A stretch of DNA of 248,000 bases from Rhodosorus marinus CCMP1338. Its lineage: Eukaryota; Plantae; Rhodophyta. The notes under the pieces were generated by a model that did not search any database, was not told the DNA's origin, and worked only from the letters and a program-made list of their open reading frames with translations. The DNA is taken from NCBI GenBank assembly GCA_029953675.1, contig JAMWBK010000004.1, positions 1,012,001 through 1,260,000 on the forward strand, written 5' to 3'. How positions within the stretch are numbered: the stretch's first letter is position 1; each line of letters begins with the position of its first letter. The position numbers and the translations under genes were made by a program. Of this stretch, positions 1 through 11,310 are shown piece by piece.

Positions 1-659
1 CTCATATACCGCGCATGCGACAACGTGAGGGCGTGAGCGCCGGCGAATACGCCACGGAATTCAAGATAACGCTGGAGCGCTCGCCCCCAAACCTGGGCTA
101 CCAGCCGCGCTCGAACAACGAAAAGCTCGTATCAAAGTTAAAACCATATAGTCACGTATGTGTTGGGATCTTGGACTTACCCTCGGGATAGTTAGAGGAG
201 GTAGGATCGGATCGACTGTTGGTTTATTTGTACAGTCGTCGACCTTGACTTGGGTTAATGTTCGTGGCAATTAGTAATAGCCGTTATTAGATTAGAATCC
301 CGCTGAAGACTACATTAGAGTTGCTTGGAGGCGAGACATATACGTTTAGAATCTGAGCCGACTTAGAAGAATTGGAGCAAACCCTGCGGGACCCATATAA
401 ACCAATTTCGTTCGCATACTAGTAAGGGATCTTCCAAGGTAAGTAGTAAATTGTCATATACTCGAAAGGCATCGTATGCTCATACACCTTATGTTCCAAT
501 ATGTTCAGGAGATCTGGCCTGTGGGAGTCTTTCGGAAAATGGAGGGCAAAAATTTGAACAAACCCTGGTGTTTGAATGTCCTATATCCTCTTGATTATCC
601 ATTTATTCCGAACCAACCACACTTGATGGCTTCTAGGATCACCATATATACAATTCCAG

Positions 660-790
660 TCTCCGAGATCCTTGGACTTACGGAAAACGTTCATGCATGT
701 GCATGCGTGCAAAATCCCTAATCCAACCCTACCTTGATCCCTAATACTCTATTAGCTGACAAAATACGGGTCACTACTGGTGACTACAGT
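660..790 (-). mobile_element. LTR-retrotransposon (Copia-associated) LTR-like fragment
   Basis: Reverse complement matches the repeat at ~3.9-4.0 kb, 29.7-29.8 kb and 32.1-32.3 kb (tttgtcagct...ggattagggtttttgtacg...catctgcac...aagatctcggagg). Confidence 0.5.
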
Positions 791-1196
791 GGCTCTGTCA
801 TAGTAACCCTGTTCGTCACTTAGCCATTCGTTCGTTCATCACTAAGTCCGACTTCTATAGAAACTCCCCGACAAAGCCCTGTCAAAATAAGGATCTTGAT
901 TGGTTGTTGGCCTTCTCGATTGACCAATGGGAGTCTCACAGGTTCCAGCCTTTCATTGTTGGAAACCTTTGAGCATCTGGAAAATTCAAGCTTGGAATCG
1001 CTTGGTAAGCGTTTCACCGAACATCCTGAAAAATATCTGGTGCTCCTCCGCTGTTTGAGTATCGCATTCTGGCGGTATTCTAGCAACATGCTCGCCGAGG
1101 CGCCACCGTTGCTTGGGCTTACATGCTCTTCTTCCTAGCCCCTAGTTTCCTTTTAGGGTTTGCGTGGCGCGTCAGGCTATCCTAGTAAAACCACGC

Positions 1197-2060
1197 TTGT
1201 GGCTACCACTTCCTGGGTTCCTGCGGACTGTTGCGAGGTCTCCGTACGAGGCGTCACACTCGCCTCAAGTACATCCTCAGCGAATTTTTGACTCGGATAG
1301 GGCATACGGTTGAGGTTGAGTCGGAACTGCCCAGATCAATCTCGGACTCTGCACCGCCCCGTTGTATAGCCGATCTCCTCGTCTCTGACGCTGCTGCCAG
1401 ACGCTCAACATATGTGGACCTTGCGATTACCTGCCCCGTGGCCAGCGCCCACCTCACCGCAGCCGCCCGCCGCCGGGGGGCCGCGGCTTCAGCCCTTCGA
1501 AGAGTTAAGGAACGACGGTATGCTGAGAGCATGGCCAGTCTGCCTTGCGCTGAGGGTCGCTCTCACCGGTTCCAGCCATTCATTGTGCAAAGCTTTGGTC
1601 ACGTCGATAAGTCGGGTTTAGAGTGGTTGCGGAAATGTTTTGCTGAGCATCCTACTGAATACTTGGCGCTCTTGAGGCGTTTAAGTGTCTCCCTTTGGCG
1701 ATATTCCAGCGACATGCTTTCCGAGGCGCGCCATCGGCGCCTGGGGTTGCATACTTCCCTCCCTAGTTATTAGTTCATCTTCACGCCTTGCGTAGCGCTT
1801 AAGGCTATGCTAGTAAAGTCCAGTAAAACCACATGTGGATAAGTCGAGTTTAGAGTGGTTGCGGAAATATCTCGCTGAGCATCCTACTGAGTACTTGGTG
1901 CTTTTACGGCGTTTGAGTGTCGCCCTGTGGCGATATTCTAGCAGCATGCTTGCTGAGGCGCGCCTTCGGCGCCTGGGTTTGCACGCTTCCCTCCCTAGTT
2001 CTTAGTTCGTTTTCACGCCTTGCGTAGCGCTTCAGGCTATGCTAGTAAAGCCCAGTAAAA
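1197..2060 (+). mobile_element. Two tandem 5'-truncated CRE-like RLE non-LTR retrotransposon copies, family B
   Basis: ORF 1231-1773 has RH-x-R zinc/RLE motifs (RRHTRLKYIL, ADLLV, YVDLAIT, FQPFIVQSFG) and ends SLPSY; 3' UTR ends gctatgctagtaaagtccagtaaa; a second 3' tip follows directly. Confidence 0.85.
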
Positions 2061-2199
2061 CCACCTATGGAAGTTCCCAGATCTGGACTTATCACCAGAC
2101 CCCCGTGAACATGGAAGGCATTCACGTGGAGCTTCAGGGGATCATTCGTTGGTGGTTTTACTGGTTTTTACTGATGCGTTACGGCAAGGCGTAAAAGGA

Positions 2200-2900
2200 A
2201 ACCTGGCGCTAGAATAGCGCCAGAGAGCAACACTTAAACGGAGGAGGAGCACCAGACATTCTTCAGGATGTTCGGTAAAACATTTACGCAGCCGCTCCAA
2301 GCTAGACTTTTGCAGATGCCCAATGCTTTCCACAATGAAAGGCTGGAACCTGTGGGACCGGCCCTCTTCCCGGGGAAAACTGGCAATGCTCTCAGCGTAC
2401 CGTCGATCCTTCACGCGGCGAAGTACAGAAGCTGCTGCCTCCCCTGCAGAGAGCGGCAGAAGGGAGATAGGTACCGGACACGGGGCAAGTGACAGCGAGC
2501 TCCACATATGCTGAGCGTTTGACGGCTGCGTCCGATACCAGGAGATCTGCGATGCAACGAGGAGAGGTGGTTGCGGAGGGTGTACCAGGCAGTGCCGATT
2601 CCACCTCGACCGTGTAGCCAACTCCTGTCAAGTGCTCGCTCAGGATATATTTCAGAGACGAGTGTCTCTTGGTGCGATGACCTCGCAGCAGTCCACACGA
2701 GCCCAGAAAATGGTACCACATCAGTCGATACGGCTAGCACAACCTTGGCAGACGGAAGGGCGATTGGAAGACCAAGCGGCCCGTGGCAAACCCAGGTAGA
2801 TGTGTGGCGCGGTCCGGAACTGGAGGCGTTCAGGCGTTGGCCCGGTGATGAGGGCAGAGTAGTTAGCCATGAGTGGGATAGATGAGCTCCCATGCCCCCT
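2200..2900 (-). mobile_element. CRE-like family B variant, 3' fragment
   Basis: Frameshifted ORFs 2142-2893 with TAARL.GMGAHLSH, YHFLGSCGLL, FQPFIVES motifs. Confidence 0.8.
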
Positions 2901-3399
2901 TAGACGAGCCCTCGATAGGTGCAGCGTGTAAACAAAACAGGGGTTTGTGCCTTTTGCTCGTTATGTCTCGCTCTAATTCTTCTCTTCGAATCTCCCTCAC
3001 TAGTATACCAATGAGTTTCCTCTAAGTCACCTCAGGGCCTACTCGTGCATGTCCGTAGGCACGTCAGGGGCTTGTGCTGGGGTGGAAACTTTACCAGCAA
3101 CTCTGACACAGTCTTCATGGGGTGGGAGTCGCTTCGATTGTACACGTTTGCTAGCATTGATCAGTCGCATTCTAATATTTATAGCAGGGTTGTTCCAAGT
3201 GGGTCGGGTCTTTCGCTGGTTACCACGCAGAAGTGGTCAACCCCCGAAAACAGGGGGGTTTAAGAGGGGGAGTGAGGAGGGTGTGGGGCGGGGAATACAA
3301 GCGCAACGTAAGTGGGCAAATAGACGATTCCAGTGCTAGCAGATTGGTTCCGAAGGCAATAGTATATACAGATCGTACTGTGTGTCTTCGACGGGTAAA

Positions 3400-3710
3400 G
3401 GAAAATGACTTCCAATTTGTACCCTTCGCCGTCGAAGGGTTTGGACGACTCGGGCAAGCGGTCCAAGACTTCATTACCGAAGCTACCGCAAATCTTGAGC
3501 ACAAAGCGGACCGGCAAACGCTCATTCGCGTGGACATTAATCGAGAGCTATGGCGAGGCACGGCTCGCTCGGCCATCCATGCCATGCGCAAAGATAATCA
3601 TGTTCGGACGCTGTTCCCTATAGAAAGTAGTCTTCTACCCCACTCTGGGGTCTCCTTAGCCTAGCCCCTCCTGTTTTCCTTTTACGTCTCTCTAGCGCTA
3701 CATTCGGTAG
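3400..3710 (+). mobile_element. CRE-like family D 3' fragment (RLE C-terminus)
   Basis: FVPFAVEGFG...INRELWRGTAR; ends ggtctccttagcctag; same tail recurs at ~88.9, 124.4, 201.1 and 213.9 kb. Confidence 0.65.
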
Positions 3711-3769
3711 ATGGTATAAACGGAAAAAGGGAAAATGGCAAGCGCACTCCTAAACATGTTGACGTTAGC

Positions 3770-4130
3770 TTACAGGATGCGCAGGAACAGGAACAATGGA
3801 ATAGATTTGACTTCAGGCATGTGGCAACGGAGAGCCAGACAGTGGATGTATTAACAAAGTCTCTGAGCAGTGTGCCGCTCGAGAAACACAGAGGACTTAC
3901 AAGCATTAGAAGTGATTCGTAGTTTGTCAGCTGCAAGAGCAATGAGGATTAAGCCTGAGTAGGATTAGGGTTTTTGTACGTTTGCATCTGCACGAACGTA
4001 AGTCCCAAGATCTCGGAGGCTGTAGGAGCATACACGTTGCTTCAAGAGGTCGGCAAAGTGCGTTTGGTACTACGAGACGGTTGATGATGTGACATTAAAT
4101 GAGACTCATAGACCTCGAATTTCCACCATC
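3770..4130 (+). mobile_element. Copia RNaseH end plus LTR-like sequence
   Basis: HVATESQTVDVLTKSL...EKHRGL is the typical Copia RNaseH C-terminus; the downstream repeat recurs at 29.5-32.3 kb. Confidence 0.6.
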
Positions 4131-4900
4131 TACAAGTGGGCAATAGGCGATTCCTGTGCGTAGGTTGAACATTTGGTGGGTGTGCAATGAAATTTTAATG
4201 AGTATCCTCGGCTTTTAGTTGTTTTGGTATTGGAAATTTGTAACTGTTTTCCAGGGTACAGGGGGTTTCTGACTTTCAGAATCGCACTTTTTTATTGAGG
4301 GGAGCGCGGCAGACCAGAACAGCAGTGAGGGAATCTTGGTCGATTGGAAAACGGTCCGGTGTCAGGATGGGGAAGCAGTTTGCGGAGGTGGTCAAACAGA
4401 GAGGACAAGGGATCCACAGGGTGTGAGTAGAAGAATTACTTGACTCGGGCTTGGGAGCATTCCCCAGATTGCAGATGATTAAGTTTCTTGCAGGAAGTGG
4501 GATCATCGTTCTTTTCACAAGAGCAATGGAAGGCTGAGGGAGAGTCATGAAATAAAAGCGGAGGCAGCAAGTCCTAGTTTGTGAACATCAAATCTTTGTG
4601 GACCCTTTTTCCATGGACCAGCTTGTGGACTTCGTTTCTCTGGCTAGAAGGTATTTCTCATCAGTATCCATGGTATTCAATAAGCATAATTCCTCAGCTT
4701 TTGTGTTTCAAGTTGCACGAGCTTTGATGCTTTTCTGGGAAGTATCTGAAATAAAGAGTTCAGCAACATGTTCATTTGTCGGCGGAGGCTTTCCGGTTCT
4801 GTGCCGTGAAGCAGCGTTTCCTGTTTTGAACTGGAAATCTGCTGCGTGATCATAGCGATCAACACTTCTCCTAGAGGCAAGAAGGCTTCGATCCGGTCCC
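4130..4900 (-). mobile_element. Dispersed repeat, probable DNA-transposon internal sequence
   Basis: High similarity to 18.85-19.45 kb, 20.2-20.4 kb and (inverted) 114.0-114.2 kb; copies lie next to TAGGGTTGTGCCAAGTGGG termini. Confidence 0.5.
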
Positions 4901-6605
4901 AAAATGTTCACCTTTTATCCGCTCTCGGATTTCCGCATCCCTCACATATTAACATCTGACCGGCGAAGTGCAAGCGAGGAGGAACTTGAGAACGATGGAT
5001 TATGTTTAGATGGCATTTTGCTAGGCATCCTCGACATTTCTTGCTCTGTATTGCCATTGTTGTAGGCTCTCCTGGAAGATCCTGGAGGATAAGCAACTTC
5101 CACCAACGTACAGACGGAGTGAGAGGAATTCAGCATCGAAAAGTTGATTGGGCATGCAGTCATTATCGTCGTGTTGATTGTTGAATCTCGTACCGAATCT
5201 CAACCCAGCGGTGGGTGGCAGGTGTTCGGTGCGTGCGGTTCCTGGCCTACTCTGGTACGGGGCATTGACGGTTGGCCGCCAACGTAGGGCTTGAAGTCTG
5301 GCGTTCAACGCATGCAACTCTTCCTTCCGAGTTTCATACGTGTACAGCTCTTCCACGAGATGGAAGAAGCGACGGATCTCGGCTGTCGGAGTCCGAGTTG
5401 CAGGTAGGCGGGTGTCAGTGCCGAGCATCGGGCGAGGAAAATTTTGGGCATCAAAACAGTCCCCATTTGGCGTAGTAGCTTCTAGGTTTGCGCTGTGATT
5501 AGAGGAAAGGGGCAAGGGTACCTCTGCCAATTCTTGCACCGCCGGCTGACCTCCTTCCGTCATGTTCCCAGTTGCACTTGCCGTAGAACTTGCCGTGGAG
5601 AGGGGTTGTATTCCCAGAGGATGTCCGTTGGCAATATCCACCCCCACGAACTCTTCGTCTCGTACAGCTCCTCACCTACTTGTTGGTCTTTGATCTCCAC
5701 TTTCTTAAAACGCTAAAGACCTCGTCGGGGTCGGGTTGTTTATGCATATGGAGGGAGCTAGAGCAATTCCTGCTAGTTTTTCTCTAGCCTTAGCCGAGTT
5801 CGCCAACTTCGAGGCCAGTCTTTTGGGCCCCCTTTGAACTCGTACATGCGCCTACGAGTAGAGCATGTCAGAACGATAGCCGTTCCCATTGGCAAACATT
5901 ATACCGACTCCCGCCACTATATTGAAATACGAAAGAAACCTATATTCAGTCTGTATGAACAACAGGAGGCATCCGGTTCATTTTTACCATTCATACTCCC
6001 TTAACAACTTTAAATACTTATCATTGGTAGTCATTGCTCTAATAAAAGAACAAAATAGCATATGCTTAAAAATACTAACTTATACAATTTAACCGTTTTC
6101 GTTTCATCCAATGCATTGCCGCGAAAGTGCACATTAGCTAATCATTGAATTGCGCCCCAAAAATTCAAACCAATCCTGTTCAAAGGCAAGGCTTTGTTTT
6201 CCACTGCATAGTCGATTCCGGGCAAAATGAACACGAGTTGGTAACCGCGTTTTTGAGGTGGGTGGGTAGTAAACGGGTATTTCCATCTCCTGGAAATTTG
6301 GGGAAATTTTGGTATCCAACGGAGGGTGGGGCAAATCCGAAATATTTCGCATCAGTACTCCTCGGCCGAGGGTGGGCTATTCATTTCCTGCAAAAAACCC
6401 TATTTTATGGCCAATTCATTCATTAATTTATAGCGCATCTGCTAACAGAAAATTGTTGAGAGTTCCTTAATTAAACAAATTTATTCCTATATCACATATC
6501 AAAAATAAAATAAAAACTGTTTCTATTTCAATTATACCATAGATAGAACGTATTTAGTTGATAAAGGAACGGTATCATATTTTTATTTTGAATATATTTA
6601 TTATT

Positions 6606-7664
6606 ATGCTTTCGAAAGGCTTGCGCCAGGATGCGCGGTCCGAAGAGAGTACTAAGGCAACTTCTGGGGGTCTGGAGCCTGGGGAGGGAGCAGGGCTGGA
6701 AAGGGGGAGGGGGTGGGGGAAGATGGGGAAGGGTTGGACTGCTGACGACATTCCCGATCTCGACGGGAAAGTTGCGATTGTGACTGGATCGAACCATGGA
6801 ATTGGGAGAGAGATTGCGAAAAGACTTGCGGAGCACAATGCGACGACTGTGATGGCATGTAGAACGGCTCAGAAGGCTGAAATAGCGAAACAGGAGTTGC
6901 TGGAGGAGATAGGAGAGGAGAAGCATCTTGTGGTGTTGACTTTGGACGTTTCCTCGCTTGAATCTATTAGAAATTTTTCAAGAGAGTTCTCGTCCAAGTA
7001 CAAGCGGTTGGACGTACTGATGGAGAACGCCGGTCAGCTGACGTTTGGTCCGAGACAGGAGAGTGTAGACGGACTCGAGCTGCAGCTTGCGACCAACCAC
7101 GTGGGTCAGTTTGCGCTTGCCACTCACCTAATGTCGATGCTCACGAAGACGGAAGGGAGCCGCCTTGTCACACAAAGTAGCTCTGCCAGCTGGATAGGCA
7201 AGTTTGATTGGGATAACCTGCAGGGAGAGAAGACGTATAGCACCTGGAGCCAATATGCCATGACCAGGCTGGCCAATGTAGCTTTTGCAAAGGAGCTCAA
7301 CAGCAGACTCGAGGCATCTGGCAAGAGTTTCCCGACTGCTTATGCAGTCCATCCGGGATTCGTAATGAAGGAACTTGAACCGGGAGCCAGGCAGGGAATG
7401 TTGCAGAAGATCGGCTCTGCAGTTGTTTATCCGCTAGCCGGAACTTTGGAAACGGCCGCCAGGCCAGCCCTGTACGCATGTACAGCACCAGATATAACTC
7501 CCGGAGCCTTTTACGGACCCCAAGGCCCCATACCGATAATCAGCGCCATGAATGGTCAATATCCTGGAGAAAATTATTCTAATAAGATCGTTTTGGACGC
7601 GGACCAGAGGAGCAAGCTTTGGGAAGTCTCCGAGCAGCTTTGCAAAGCACAGTTGAAGATATAA
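6606..7664 (+). CDS. Short-chain dehydrogenase/reductase (retinol dehydrogenase/WWOX-like)
   Basis: VAIVTGSNHGIG Rossmann motif, NAG, FATNHVG-like QLATNHVG, YAMTR(K), VHPG; intronless. Confidence 0.9.
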   Translation: MLSKGLRQDARSEESTKATSGGLEPGEGAGLERGRGWGKMGKGWTADDIPDLDGKVAIVTGSNHGIGREIAKRLAEHNATTVMACRTAQKAEIAKQELLEEIGEEKHLVVLTLDVSSLESIRNFSREFSSKYKRLDVLMENAGQLTFGPRQESVDGLELQLATNHVGQFALATHLMSMLTKTEGSRLVTQSSSASWIGKFDWDNLQGEKTYSTWSQYAMTRLANVAFAKELNSRLEASGKSFPTAYAVHPGFVMKELEPGARQGMLQKIGSAVVYPLAGTLETAARPALYACTAPDITPGAFYGPQGPIPIISAMNGQYPGENYSNKIVLDADQRSKLWEVSEQLCKAQLKI

Positions 7665-7867
7665 GAAAACGGGCGGTACTGTGAATTAAGAAATATTTTA
7701 AGTACTATGCAACTAGTTTTAGCTAGCGTCTTTTTTTTCTTGCACAGTTGGGTCGGTGGTAGGGTCCTGCGCAAAGAGGTCCTAGCTGTTACAGGGGTGC
7801 ACGGTTGACAAAGTAGGTGTTTTGTACCTATTTCTTATGTCTCTTGTTACTTTATCTGAGAGTCTCC

Positions 7868-10800
7868 CTCAATAGGATGACAAATGACCTTGGCTTATAT
7901 AGGCATCAGACTTGGTTAACGCTAATGCTTCGAAGTCGCTTCATGGTCTACACGTTGTGTGTCTCGATTCAACGGGTTACTTTCCATTCTAGAGCCTGCA
8001 CGCTCATTTGTCAGCCATCAACACGTTTCAGGGCCATGTGCCGGGATAGCAATTGTATCAGCAACTCTGACAAAGTCTCCATGCTGAAGGGAGTCGCTTC
8101 GATTGTACACGTTTGCGAACACTCCTCCTCGAAGTGTGCCCTTTGTTTAAGATTCTCAGCTTGGCTCTATGTCTGTTGAACTTCGTCGTTTCTAGCGGCT
8201 TGGTGAGTGTATCCGCGACTTGATCCTGGGTTGGGATGAATAGGAACTCGTAGCTTCCTTGGTCGTGTTGCTGTGGTGCAAATTGGTAATGAAGATCAAT
8301 ATGCTCAGGCAGCGGCTTTTCCGGGAATATACTCCAGGTGAGACAGGCCGTGTTGTCTGAGAAGACGTTGGTAGGTAATGCCGGCACATCAATCTCTGCC
8401 AGTAAATTCTTCACCCACTGTACTTTCTGAAGTCCGTGCGTCAGCGCGATGTATTCTGCTTCGCTTGATGAAGTCGCGATGATTGTCTGCTTTTTGCTAA
8501 TGTATGAGATCGGGTTTCCGCACAGGTACGCGACAGCACCGGTTACGGATTTTCGGTCCTTTGGTGATGCCCATGACGCGTCTACGTAAAGTGTGATCTC
8601 CTCCTGTTCTTGACAAAAGGGAGAAAACTAGTGTTGCGTTGGTTGCGCCTCGCAAGTACCTTAATATTCACTTTCCAGCTGACCAGTCGTCGCCGTTGAA
8701 ACGTTGCGCCTTTGTGGCTAGTAGCCTAACGGCGTACGTGATGTCGGGTCTGCTTCTTGTAGAAATGTACAGTAGGGCCGTGATGAGTTCACGGTAAGGG
8801 TACTCTTCTTGTCTTCCGGACTTATCCGTTGGTATATAGTCCTTTGTCATCGGCGTTGGTACTGGTTTGCTCTCGTTCATTCCGATTCTTCGAGTATTTT
8901 CTGAATGTACTTCTTCTGCCCCAAGGAGATGGTGGATGCGCTTGGGTCTCTCCCGATTTCTATGCCGAGGTATTCTCTCGCGGCGCCGAGGTCTTTCAGA
9001 TCGTACATGGAGGTTTAGCTGCTTCTTAACTTCTGCCAGCCGCTGTCTGCTTCCGATGATTAGGAAGTCGTCGACGTATACGAGTAGGTAGTCGCCTTCC
9101 TTTACGAACACGTACGGGTATGCAGTTGTTGCCTTGAAGCCATGACCTTGTAGATATTTCCTTAGCTTCTCGTACTATATGTTTTCTGATTGCTTTAAAC
9201 CACAGTCAATACCTCGGCATAGAAATCGGGAGAGACCCAAGCGCATCAAACATCTCCTTGGGGCAGAAGAGGTACATCCAGATACTCGAAGAATTCGGAA
9301 TGAACGAGAGCAAACCAGTGCCAACGCCGATGACAAAGGAATATATTCCAACATGTAAATCCGGAAGACAAGAAGAGGACCCTTACCGAGAACTCATCAC
9401 GGCCCTACTGTACTTTTCTCAGATAAAGTAACAAGAGACATAAGAGACAGGCACAAAACACCTACCAGTGCCAACGCCGATGACAGAGGACTACATACCA
9501 ACGGATAAGTGCGGAAGACAAGAAGAGACTTTTTTTGTTTTTTTCAAACGCAAAACTGGCTCAATACGAAGAAGAAAAGTGGTTTGATTTGGTGCAGCAG
9601 GACGGACGCCGTGGGATGCTTCCTTAGATGCCCAAATTTGGAAGGCCCTGACGACTATAACTACTGCAAATTCAGCATTATCGAACGACTCAAGCTGACT
9701 GGACTACATGACACCGTTTTTGGGCAGGGATAACATCGACAAAAGATTCCAAGCAGCGTCGCTCATAAAACTCAACCTTGGAGCCGAAGCGATGTTGATA
9801 GCGGAACAGACAACTGATGCAACAGAACTTATGAACAAACTGGAAAAGAAATACGTCACAAAAACAATAGCGTCACAAATCGAGAGGCAAGTGGAACTGC
9901 TCACAAGGAGAGTGAAACCGGATGAGACGACGCTAGGGCTACTCACTTGGCTCGAAGAATACTACTCTTAAGGTATTCAAACTCGACGCAACTGAGTACA
10001 AGGCCACACCGCGCTTGGGCCACGTATGCCTGATCCTGAAAGATGAAAGCGTTTTCGATGCAACAATCGAAGGCCTGAAGAACATCTCCAAGGAGCAACT
10101 GGACTGGGAAACCATGAGAGCGCGTCTGACCTTATTTGTCGCGGTAATTTTGAGACTCTTCGACCTCTTTCGCTGTTAACTCGTTATTTTCACGTTCTTC
10201 GGTGTTGTTGTCAGGTTTCACGTCCTCATTGTGGGGTCTGTGGTGGGTTTTGTGACCTGGTGTTTCTAGTTCGTCTTCGAGGCTCGATGGCTCCTGATTC
10301 CGACTCATGTAGTCCTTGGCTTCGACGTAGTCGATAGCTTCTTGAATGTCCGGTGTAAGTGCGGCTGGGGTTTTCTTCAGAGGGAAGGTTTCCTCCAGCA
10401 CTACGACGTCTTTCGTCCGAGTTGGATCAGGTGCTTGCTGCTTCGCTCACAGCGGAGTACAATCCCATGCATCGTTGGTACGTCGAGCTTGTCGCGTCGT
10501 ATGGTACCATCTTCCTTTGGTGCGTGCGCGATCGCTAGGCAGCGGAAGGGGTACATATTGTTGAAGTCGTCTTGCTTGCCGGTGAGTATTTCCACAACAG
10601 GCTATGAGCGCAGGGGCTTTTGTTGTTGCTTCGTCTTGGTCTTTCGTGCAGTATCCTTTCGATAATTTGTAGGGTCTCCGTGCAGGAGCTTTTTTCTCTA
10701 TGCCTGACTAGTACAGGAATACCCGCATGAGCATTAGGATGCTCCGATTGGCTCGCTCCGAGATCCCGTTCGTTTCCGCGCTGTATGGGGGCATCGTGTC

Positions 10801-11310
10801 CAGCGTGATCTCTAGCTTCTTGAGTTTTTCTTGCATGCCAAAGTATTCGCTTCCTCCGTCGGAATGGACGGTAATTATTCTTTGACCAGATAAGCGCTCG
10901 AAATACACCTTATACTCATCGAATCCCTCAGAGAAGTCGTTTTTTCTTAGTATTGGGTATATTTTTGTAAATCTCCATACTACGCCTGTAAAGGTAACCC
11001 ACTTCTGCTCCTTTCGCTCCTTTCGCTCCTTTCGATTTGGGCAGCTTTTCGCAGACGTCCGTGTGAATCACTAGGATAACAAATGATCTTGGCTTATATA
11101 GGCATCAGATTTGGTTAACCCCGATGCTTCGAAGTCACTTCATGGTCTACACGTGTGTGTCTCGCTTCAACTGGTTAGTTTCCATTCTAGAGCCTGCACG
11201 CTCATTCGTCAGCCATCAACACGTTTCAGGGCCATGTGCCGGGATAGCAATTGTATCAGCAACTCTGACAAAGTCTTCATGCTGAAGGGAGTCGCTTCGA
11301 TTGTACTTCT
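7868..11310 (-). mobile_element. Degenerate, internally rearranged Ty1/Copia element with paired ~250-bp LTRs (7868-8125 and 11073-11310)
   Basis: Direct repeats at both ends; RT (LLVYVDDFL, YRELITALLY), RNaseH (SSSEAEY, DNTA, HID), integrase (VHSDGGSEY, PYSAETNGISERANR), gag-like piece in the opposite orientation. Confidence 0.85.
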
